Under the pieces are notes generated by a model. That model worked only from the letters and a program-made list of their open reading frames with translations. It was not told the DNA's origin and made no database searches. Below are positions 40,457-47,660 of a stretch of 51,738 bases of DNA, one piece after another. Position 1 is the first letter of the stretch, and each line of letters begins with the position of its first letter. Where the stretch lies: contig CAZVUD010000005.1 of the NCBI GenBank assembly GCA_964629615.1, positions 1 through 51,738 of the forward strand, given 5' to 3'. The position numbers and the translations under genes were made by a program. The stretch is from an uncultured Clostridium sp. (GTDB lineage: Bacteria; Bacillota; Clostridia; Oscillospirales; CAG-272).

Positions 40457-41446
40457 TCACCTCCCCTCAAGGTGTAATAGATGTGCTATTGCAGGTATGC
40501 TCCTGCCCTGCTTTAAGCTGTCAGGGCTCATCATGGCACCTGTCGCAACATACAGGATATTGCCTATCTCTTGCCTTTCCATGAGCGGAAGTATATATGA
40601 GGACAAAACACTCGCTCCGCATCCGCATCCCGAGCCGCCTGCATGCGTATCCTGGGTCTCCTTATCATATATTATCTTTCCGCAGTCGTTATGGTTATCC
40701 ATGATGTAGCCTTCTGCATTCAGCAGCTCCTTCAGTATCATGCTTCCCTCATGCCCAAGATCCCCTGAAAGTATCATATCATAGTCAGAAGGCAGGGTAT
40801 TGCTCTCACGAAAATATCTTAAAAGAGTGGATGCGGCGGCAGGAGCCATTGCCGCGCCCATATTGTTTGCATCGTTTATGCCCTTGTCTATAACTATCCC
40901 CGGCATGCCGTCGCATATCCGCACTCCCGTGCTTGATCCATGCCCCACTATAAATGTCGCACCGCCTGTGACGGTCCACTGCGATGTGGGGGAGCGTTGA
41001 CCGCCGTATTCCACGGGATTTCTGTACTGTCGCTCTGCCGCGCCGTTGTGCGACGAGGTCACAGCCGCACAGTACTTGTATATATTGTTTGTGGTGAACA
41101 CCGAGGCTAAAAGAAGTGCCTCACAGGATGTGGAGCATGCACCGTACAGCCCGAAATACGGGATGGGCAGATCGGACAGACCGTATGACGACCCGACGCA
41201 CTGATTTTGCAGATCCCCTGCAAATACAGCTCCTATACTGCCCTCCGACATATTGCATTTTGAAAGCGCAATATTGAAGGATATGCGCATAAGCTCGCTC
41301 TCTGCCTTTTCAAATGTGTCCTGTGAAAAATAATCGTCCTTGTCGTGATGATCGAACAGATGCCCTATCGGACCTTCATATTCCTTGACACCGACCGCAT
41401 TTCCCGAGCATATGATGCTTGAATCAAGCTTTATTATCTGCGACAT
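40457..41446 (-). CDS. spoVAD: Stage V sporulation protein AD
   Basis: E.EGP, GDL.NQC, GLYGACST, AERQYR.P.EYGGQR, NMGAAMAPAA, GDLG..G, GGSGCGC. Confidence 0.96.
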   Translation of the reverse strand: MSQIIKLDSSIICSGNAVGVKEYEGPIGHLFDHHDKDDYFSQDTFEKAESELMRISFNIALSKCNMSEGSIGAVFAGDLQNQCVGSSYGLSDLPIPYFGLYGACSTSCEALLLASVFTTNNIYKYCAAVTSSHNGAAERQYRNPVEYGGQRSPTSQWTVTGGATFIVGHGSSTGVRICDGMPGIVIDKGINDANNMGAAMAPAAASTLLRYFRESNTLPSDYDMILSGDLGHEGSMILKELLNAEGYIMDNHNDCGKIIYDKETQDTHAGGSGCGCGASVLSSYILPLMERQEIGNILYVATGAMMSPDSLKQGRSIPAIAHLLHLEGR

Positions 41447-41620
41447 GATGATCCCCTTTTCTGATTTCGTTTTTATTATCTTTCCTCATATTCAAGCATA
41501 AAATCATGGCAAATTAAGGCGGGCACGCACTTTATACGGTAAATTTCATTTTGCTATTGAAAAATAATTGAAAATATGATAAAATATAAATACGAAAATT
41601 TATGAAAGGCGGAGAATATA

Positions 41621-42403
41621 ATGTCAAAATTAATGAAAGAGGTACAGTACCACATCAATCTCGGACGCGGTGACGTAGGCAGATACTGCATACTTCCCGG
41701 TGACCCAGGACGTTGCGAAAAGATAGCTGCTTTTCTTGACGATCCGCATCATGTATCGGTAAACCGTGAATATAACGTATACGAGGGTACTCTCCTTGGA
41801 GAAAGAATAACAGTATGCTCCACAGGTATAGGCGGTCCTTCTGCGGCTATCGCAATGGAGGAGCTTACAGCTTGCGGCGCAGACACATTTATAAGAGTCG
41901 GAACCTGCGGCGGTATCGCTACAAAGGTGCGCTCGGGCGACATAGTTATCGCATCGGGAGCTATAAGACAGGACGGAACATCTGTTGAATATGCACCCAT
42001 AGAATTCCCTGCAGTCTCAAACACAGAGGTGCTTATGGCTCTTTGCGAGGCGGCAGAGAGATCAGGCGACACATATCACACAGGCGTAGTTCAGGCAAAG
42101 GACTCCTTTTACGGTCAGCACTCCCCTGCGCGCATGCCCACGAGCCAAAAGCTTTTGTATCAGTGGGAGGCATGGAAGAGACTCAATACACTTGCAAGCG
42201 AGATGGAATCCGCAGCTCTGTTCGTAGCAGCTTCACATCTTGATGTGCGTTGCGGATCGGTATTCTGCACGGTATGGAATCAGGAAAGAGCCGACGCAGG
42301 ACTTGAGGGCGGTCTTGATGAATGTCATGACACCGAAAAGGCGATAAGAGTTGCAATAGATGCCTTGAAGATCCTCATAAATAAGGACAAGAACGCAAAA
42401 TAA
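41621..42403 (+). CDS. udp: Uridine phosphorylase
   Basis: [43 protein letters not shown]. Confidence 0.95.
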   Translation: MSKLMKEVQYHINLGRGDVGRYCILPGDPGRCEKIAAFLDDPHHVSVNREYNVYEGTLLGERITVCSTGIGGPSAAIAMEELTACGADTFIRVGTCGGIATKVRSGDIVIASGAIRQDGTSVEYAPIEFPAVSNTEVLMALCEAAERSGDTYHTGVVQAKDSFYGQHSPARMPTSQKLLYQWEAWKRLNTLASEMESAALFVAASHLDVRCGSVFCTVWNQERADAGLEGGLDECHDTEKAIRVAIDALKILINKDKNAK

Positions 42404-42417
42404 GAGAGGGCTTTAAA

Positions 42418-42723
42418 ATGCGCAAAAGAGGCGAAAACAAAGATACGGTATCTGAGGTGGGCAAGACTCCATGCGAAGATACAAATGCATCTCAATGCAA
42501 TGAAAAACGGGATCTTTCTGACAAAATATACAGCCTCCTTGACTCTGCAGAGCGTTTTGCGATAAAGCTTGCCGCCATAAACCAAGTGGTGCGAAAGCAC
42601 AGAAAAAAGAAGAAAAAGAAAAGCAAAAGGTACGGCAAGATCAATAAAAAAAGCGGTGTCCTCATGCTTAAGAAAAAGGTCAAAAAGGCAAAGACGGCAA
42701 AGCCCCTGAAAAGAAAGCAATAA
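42418..42723 (+). CDS. Small hypothetical protein with very Lys-rich C-terminus
   Basis: Fills the udp-GH gap, GAGAGGG before the ATG; tail KHRKKKKKKSKRYGKINKK...KKKVKKAKTAKPLKRKQ. Confidence 0.55.
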   Translation: MRKRGENKDTVSEVGKTPCEDTNASQCNEKRDLSDKIYSLLDSAERFAIKLAAINQVVRKHRKKKKKKSKRYGKINKKSGVLMLKKKVKKAKTAKPLKRKQ

Positions 42724-42751
42724 CATCTTTTGAAATAAGGAGATACTGAGC

Positions 42752-44038
42752 ATGCAAGAAGGATGTCTTCCGATAGATCGGGACGAGCTTAAGATCAGAA
42801 TAGAAAAAAACCGAGAAAGGCTTTCATGTGGCGATTATTATCAGTATGAAAGCATATTCTCCCCTGAAAGCTATACATGGTACGGCGACAAGGAAGGCCG
42901 CGCACTTTTAGCTTTCATGAGCCATTACAAAATAAGCGGCGACAAGATCCCATGCATGGACAAGCTGCTCTCAGAGCTCCCCCACCGTTTGAATGACAAA
43001 GGATACTTAGGTCCTGCATTTGAAGACGAGATACACGAGCAACAGCTCTCAGGTCACTCATGGCTCTTGCGAGGTCTGTGTGAGCACTATGATGTGTTTG
43101 CGGACAAAGCCTCACTTGATGCCATTATCGGTATCACAAAAGGTCTTTACCTTTCAAAAAAAGGGAGATTTGCCACATATCCCGTAGACCGTGATGCAAG
43201 CGGCGGCGATGTCAGCGGATCCTGCACGGGATCCTGCCACGGCTGGGTACTTTCAAGTGATATCGGATGCGCATTTATGAGCATAGACGGGCTTTCACAC
43301 GCATACTCCATCCTTCGCGACTCGGATCTCGAAGAGCTTTTGTATGAGATGTGCAATGTCTATCTCAATATTGACAAGGTAAAGCTGAAGGCGCAGACCC
43401 ATTGCACGCTGACTGCGGCACGCGGAATGCTGCGCATGTATGAATGCACACATAATGAGTTTTACCTTGACGGTGCAAAAGATATCATGGATCTGTACGT
43501 AAACAGAGGCGGCATGACCGCAACCTATCAGAACCTCAATTGGTGGGGACGCCCCGACACATGGACAGAGCCCTGCGCAATTATAGACTCACTGATGCTT
43601 TCATGCGAGCTGTACAAGATAACAAAAGAGCCATCCTTCCGTGAAACGGCAGCTCGGATATACCAAAACGGATTTGCCACGCTCCAGCGCGATAACGGCG
43701 GCGCAGGCACGGATACAGTCGTGCTTCACGGTGTGTGCGATACATTGCACGCAAAAATGTATGAGGCATATTTCTGCTGTACAATGAGACTTGCCGAAGG
43801 ACTTTTCTATATAAATGAAAATGCAGATCTTCTCTTCTACCGTAAAAGCGGCAAGGCAGAAAAGATAGACGGCATATATTATGACGGCGATGTGATACTC
43901 ACTTTGGTAAGCGGCAAGGGTGAAGAATATGTAAAGGAATATATACTCGCAGACGGGTACAAGCTCTCCCCCATACTCAAATACTATTGCCTGCCGCGCG
44001 ATGTGATCGAAAATACATCCCAAAGAATAATTTTTTAA
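42752..44038 (+). CDS. GH127/GH146-like (alpha/alpha)6 glycoside hydrolase-like protein
   Basis: WTEPCA and YFCCT, resembling the E-x-C / CC zinc-cysteine motifs of HypBA1-type enzymes; AAGGAG RBS. Confidence 0.7.
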   Translation: MQEGCLPIDRDELKIRIEKNRERLSCGDYYQYESIFSPESYTWYGDKEGRALLAFMSHYKISGDKIPCMDKLLSELPHRLNDKGYLGPAFEDEIHEQQLSGHSWLLRGLCEHYDVFADKASLDAIIGITKGLYLSKKGRFATYPVDRDASGGDVSGSCTGSCHGWVLSSDIGCAFMSIDGLSHAYSILRDSDLEELLYEMCNVYLNIDKVKLKAQTHCTLTAARGMLRMYECTHNEFYLDGAKDIMDLYVNRGGMTATYQNLNWWGRPDTWTEPCAIIDSLMLSCELYKITKEPSFRETAARIYQNGFATLQRDNGGAGTDTVVLHGVCDTLHAKMYEAYFCCTMRLAEGLFYINENADLLFYRKSGKAEKIDGIYYDGDVILTLVSGKGEEYVKEYILADGYKLSPILKYYCLPRDVIENTSQRIIF

Positions 44039-44053
44039 AGCTTACAGATATAA

Positions 44054-44093
44054 AAATATCGGTCGTACGGAATTTTCCGTACGACCGATATTT
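44054..44093. terminator. Long perfect inverted repeat between convergent genes
   Basis: AAATATCGGTCGTACGGAA-TT-TTCCGTACGACCGATATTT. Confidence 0.8.
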
Positions 44094-44463
44094 ATTTGTT
44101 TTTTTCCTGCAATCCGTCAAGAGTCGATTCAGACATGTCGGACATGAGTCCGCATATCGCATCCTCGCTTACCGCACCTTCGCCGCAAAGCTCAACTATC
44201 GCTCGGTCCAAAACGCAATAACCGTTTTCGTACCTCAAAGCAGCTTCCCTGCCGTAATCGGTAAGATGAGCAAGTCCAAAGCTTTTTTGAGAGATAACAC
44301 CCATATCCGACAGCGATCTGAGCATTTTATGCACGCTCGGCTTGCTGACACCTATAGTTTTTGCCAGCTCGGAATTTTTGACACCGATCCCATTCTCGGA
44401 CAGTCTGAGCATATGGATCATATATCTTATCTGCGCAGGTGTAAAATATCTGCAGTCGCTCAA
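44092..44463 (-). CDS. DtxR/MntR-like winged-helix regulator (short)
   Basis: T.AQ.RY....L....GV.N.ELA..IGVSKPSV..ML..L...G.I...G...LT..G; last gene of the feo operon. Confidence 0.82.
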   Translation of the reverse strand: MSDCRYFTPAQIRYMIHMLRLSENGIGVKNSELAKTIGVSKPSVHKMLRSLSDMGVISQKSFGLAHLTDYGREAALRYENGYCVLDRAIVELCGEGAVSEDAICGLMSDMSESTLDGLQEKNK

Positions 44464-44475
44464 ATGTATGTCACC

Positions 44476-44709
44476 TCAATTTTCTTTTTTCTCATTGCAG
44501 TGAGGGCATGCATCGGAAGATGCAACGTCGCCTTCTTTTTCGTCAGAGCAGTGGCAATTGCTGTCACAATGACCGCATTTGCCGCTGCATGTCTTGGAGG
44601 CAGGACAGCCTATGCATTTCTGCCCGCTCTTTTTCGCGCGGTAAATATACCATATTATCGCACCAGCGATAAGAGCCAAGACAACAATTACTATGATATT
44701 TTCCAACAT
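44476..44709 (-). CDS. FeoB-associated Cys-rich membrane protein
   Basis: N-terminal TM then KK.G.KCIGCP and seven more Cys; directly after feoB. Confidence 0.9.
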   Translation of the reverse strand: MLENIIVIVVLALIAGAIIWYIYRAKKSGQKCIGCPASKTCSGKCGHCDSNCHCSDEKEGDVASSDACPHCNEKKEN

Positions 44710-44715
44710 GATATA

Positions 44716-46746
44716 TTACGCTCCGAGAGCATATTCACGCTTTACGTTCTTCTTTGCACGAATGCTGAGGAATACAACTATTGCTGCCATAACGAGAACT
44801 GCCGCAAGACCTGCAAATGCCGCACCGACATTAAGAAGCTCGGGAGCTGTGATAAGTGTGCCTATGGTATATACAAGGTAACCTACCGTGAAGCCTGTGC
44901 AGAGCTGAAGTGCGATACCGCCCCAGAGCCACTTTGCACTCTTCATTTCTGAGTTCATAGCTCCGATAGCCGCGAAGCAAGGAGGTGTGTAAAGGTTGAA
45001 CATAAGGTAAGCCAATGCCGCTACCTTGGTAATGGCAAGTATGCCTGCTACCTCACCGCCTGCGCCCTCGATCATTGCAAGCTCATCCATGTCTATGAGG
45101 TTTTCAAGTCCAACGAAGCAAACTGCAAGTGTACCTACAACGTTTTCCTTGGCAATAAATCCGGTAACAGCTGCAGCTGCAAGCTGCCATGAAAGCACAC
45201 CAACGATAGGAAGCAAAATGTATGCAAAGGGAGATGCAATAGATGCAAGAATAGACTCATCAGCATTTTCTGCAACTGTGAAGTGCCATGTAAATGTCTG
45301 CATTATCTGAACTGCCATGTTGCACAAAAGTATGATGGTAGCCGCCTTAACTATGTAAGCCCAGCCGCGAGCGCACATGGATTTGAATGCGCCAAGGAAT
45401 GAGGGACGCTTGTATTCGGGAAGCTCGATGATAAAGAAGGACTTTCTTGCCTTATATCCTGTTACCGCATTTACAAGAAGTGCGCCGAGGAATATAAGTA
45501 TGATGCCTGCAAAATACATAAGAGCACTTACCCACCATGCATTGTCAAAGAATGCACCTGCAAAGAGTGATATAACAGGGATCTTTGCTCCGCAGGGCAT
45601 GAAGGGCGCAAGCATTGCCGTGGCGCGTCTTTCACGCTCGTTTCTGATGGTACGTGATGCCATAACTCCGGGAACTGCACATCCTATCGTAATAACGAAA
45701 GGAATTACCGATTTACCCGAAAGACCTACCTTCTTGAATATAGGGTCAAGAACTACTGCAACTCTGGACATGTATCCGCAGTCCTCAAGGAGCGCGATAA
45801 GGAAGTACATGACCATAACGAGCGGCAAAAATCCAACGACAGCGATAACACCGCCGATAACACCGTCTACAAGTATTGCACTGATAAGGGGATTTGCATT
45901 TCCAAGAAGTCCGCCTACCCATTCCTGGAAGTACTCAAGCAGAGTTACAAGACCGGGGATGGTCGTGCCGTTTTCAAATTCTATACCCTCTGCGATCCAT
46001 GCGCCGAGAGTTGACTGCGAAATGAAGAATACAAGGAACATAACGGCTACAAATATCGGTATGCCGAGCCACTTGTTTGTAAGAATGGCGTCTATCTTGT
46101 CGCCTATGTTCTTATCCTTGGTGAGCACCTTGCGGCTCTCTACCTCTTTTACGATGCCGTTTACAAAATCAAAGCGAAGTCTGTCCGCCGTTTCTACCGC
46201 GTGCTTGTCGGTAAGATCCACATCACCCTCGGAATACGGAGCGCTCTGGGATACATTTGCACATGCAACTGCGGCTTCCACAACAGCCTTAAGTCCGTCA
46301 GCCTCGGTGGAGACCGTATTTATAACGGGGCAGCCAAGCTTTTCGGAAAGTGCCTTTGTGTCGATCTTGGTCTTTTTCTTTTCGTTGATATCGCTCTTGT
46401 TGAGGGCAACTACTACGGGTATGCCAAGTTCAAGGAGCTGTGTCGTAAAGAAAAGGCTTCTGCTGAGATTGGTAGCATCTACGATATTTATTATAACATC
46501 GGGATTTTCTTTTTTTACATATGAGCTTGTAATGCTCTCCTCACTTGTAAACGGTGACATTGAATAAGCACCGGGAAGGTCAACTGCTATAAGCTGTTCC
46601 TCGCCTGCATACATCTTCTTTATCGGATGTTCCTTTTTGTCTACCGTTACACCTGCCCAGTTTCCGACCTTTTCGTTGCGTCCGGTCAGGGCATTGTACA
46701 TAGTTGTCTTACCTGAGTTCGGATTGCCCGTTAAAGCAATTCTCAT
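44716..46746 (-). CDS. feoB: Ferrous iron transporter FeoB
   Basis: GNPNSGKTT..NALTG, VGNWAGVTV, DLPG.YS, NKSD, LEDCGYM.R, PFMPCGAK, TPPC. Confidence 0.97.
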   Translation of the reverse strand: MRIALTGNPNSGKTTMYNALTGRNEKVGNWAGVTVDKKEHPIKKMYAGEEQLIAVDLPGAYSMSPFTSEESITSSYVKKENPDVIINIVDATNLSRSLFFTTQLLELGIPVVVALNKSDINEKKKTKIDTKALSEKLGCPVINTVSTEADGLKAVVEAAVACANVSQSAPYSEGDVDLTDKHAVETADRLRFDFVNGIVKEVESRKVLTKDKNIGDKIDAILTNKWLGIPIFVAVMFLVFFISQSTLGAWIAEGIEFENGTTIPGLVTLLEYFQEWVGGLLGNANPLISAILVDGVIGGVIAVVGFLPLVMVMYFLIALLEDCGYMSRVAVVLDPIFKKVGLSGKSVIPFVITIGCAVPGVMASRTIRNERERRATAMLAPFMPCGAKIPVISLFAGAFFDNAWWVSALMYFAGIILIFLGALLVNAVTGYKARKSFFIIELPEYKRPSFLGAFKSMCARGWAYIVKAATIILLCNMAVQIMQTFTWHFTVAENADESILASIASPFAYILLPIVGVLSWQLAAAAVTGFIAKENVVGTLAVCFVGLENLIDMDELAMIEGAGGEVAGILAITKVAALAYLMFNLYTPPCFAAIGAMNSEMKSAKWLWGGIALQLCTGFTVGYLVYTIGTLITAPELLNVGAAFAGLAAVLVMAAIVVFLSIRAKKNVKREYALGA

Positions 46747-46796
46747 TGGTATTTCCTCCTTATTTTGATCCTTGCGGATATAGATTACAGTGATTT

Positions 46797-46812
46797 GTTA
46801 GCGATAGCTAAC
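46797..46812. promoter_or_regulatory. GTTAG-N6-CTAAC palindromic operator 1 (before feoB)
   Basis: GTTAGCGATAGCTAAC. Confidence 0.7.
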
Positions 46813-46814
46813 AA

Positions 46815-46871
46815 TATGCCGAAAAATTGATCAGCTGCTGAAGCCTTGAGGATACAATTTTTCATGGCATA
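46815..46871 (-). other. Branched stem-loop in the feoA-feoB spacer
   Basis: TATGCC/GGCATA and GAAAAATTG/CAATTTTTC stems enclosing CC-TCAA-GG and TCAG-CAG-CTGA mini-hairpins. Confidence 0.55.
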
Positions 46872-46875
46872 CAAA

Positions 46876-47088
46876 TTATATAATGATAGCTTCAGCAAGC
46901 TGATTGTCAATATTATATCTTCCGTCCTTGATTGCAACTACACAACCGCCCTTTAAGTGGCGAACTACGGTGATCTTCTCTCCGCTGTAGCATCCAAGTG
47001 AGAACAGAAAAGCATTAAGCTCGTCATCATCGGTATTGATACCGCTTATGACATATTCAATTCCGTCCTGTGCTTCTTTTAAGTTCAT
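46876..47088 (-). CDS. feoA: Ferrous iron transport protein FeoA
   Basis: FLFSLGCY.G..I.V.......V.IKD.RY.ID..LA..I; AAGGAG RBS. Confidence 0.93.
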   Translation of the reverse strand: MNLKEAQDGIEYVISGINTDDDELNAFLFSLGCYSGEKITVVRHLKGGCVVAIKDGRYNIDNQLAEAIII

Positions 47089-47119
47089 GACAAGCTCCTT
47101 TCTTTGATATATAGGATTT

Positions 47120-47170
47120 GTTAGCTCCTGCTAACGTGGATATTATACCAAAATTTATGCTCTGTGTCAA
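47120..47170 (-). promoter_or_regulatory. feoA SigA promoter with operator 2 at the predicted start site
   Basis: TTGACA (47170-47165)-N17-TATAAT (47147-47142); GTTAGCTCCTGCTAAC at 47120-47135. Confidence 0.8.
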
Positions 47171-47215
47171 CGCTTTTTTCCATAATTTCGCATTTTCGTA
47201 TACCGTCACAGTTTT

Positions 47216-47275
47216 GTTACCCGAAACTAACATTATTTTAAAGCAACATGAATAAAAAAGTTAGTTCAAGGTAAC
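47216..47275. promoter_or_regulatory. Operators 3 and 4 upstream of the feoA promoter
   Basis: GTTACCCGAAACTAAC (47216-47231) and GTTAGTTCAAGGTAAC (47260-47275). Confidence 0.6.
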
Positions 47276-47290
47276 TTTTAAAGACCCGAA

Positions 47291-47315
47291 AGGGGCGAAC
47301 ACAGTTCGCCCCTGC
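47291..47315. repeat. REP-like palindrome
   Basis: AGGGGCGAAC-ACA-GTTCGCCCCT; reads GCAGGGGCGAAC... on the minus strand, similar to GTAG-type REPs. Confidence 0.6.
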
Positions 47316-47377
47316 AGAGGTTATAGATTTTATGTACCTATCGTTATGTAAAGTAATCATAAAACAATATTCTTTCA

Positions 47378-47510
47378 GACCGTCGGCAACTTGCTTGCAT
47401 TCGCCGGTATATACGGGTTATCATAAAATTATTGTGTATTGCGTTGACATAACGCAATCGATATATTACTGTTTTTACGGACCGTCGGCAACTTGCTTGC
47501 ATTCGTCGGT
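47378..47510. repeat. Two 31-bp direct repeats (imperfect hairpins), 102-bp period
   Basis: GACCGTCGGCAACTTGCTTGCATTCGYCGGT at 47378-47408 and 47480-47510. Confidence 0.85.
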
Positions 47511-47590
47511 CCGCACAACATTAAATTTATATTTATTCCACGGCTACACGATACACTCAAACCAATCCATAACATGTCAGAAAGTTTTTT

Positions 47591-47646
47591 GCCAAGCTTT
47601 TTTTCAAAAAAGCGGAAGAAGCCAAGCTTTTTTCAAAAAAGCGGAA
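47591..47646. repeat. Tandem ~30-bp duplication of a hairpin unit
   Basis: GCCAAGCT(n)CAAAAAAGCGGAA at 47591 and 47621. Confidence 0.8.
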
Positions 47647-47660
47647 AAAGCGGAGAAAAA

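Noticed and set aside
45377-46567. 396-aa plus-strand ORF (also 43987-44952, 35708-36646 and 48918-49868)
   Set aside because: Antisense to well-supported genes (feoB, thrE-like, Na/Pi cotransporter); typical codon-bias shadows.
46815-46871. Assignment as a canonical NiCo/czcD riboswitch
   Set aside because: Lacks the four-way junction and conserved segments I recall; left as an unassigned structure.
47378-47510. Possible CRISPR array
   Set aside because: Only two repeats, a 71-bp spacer and no cas genes in the window; kept only as a generic repeat.
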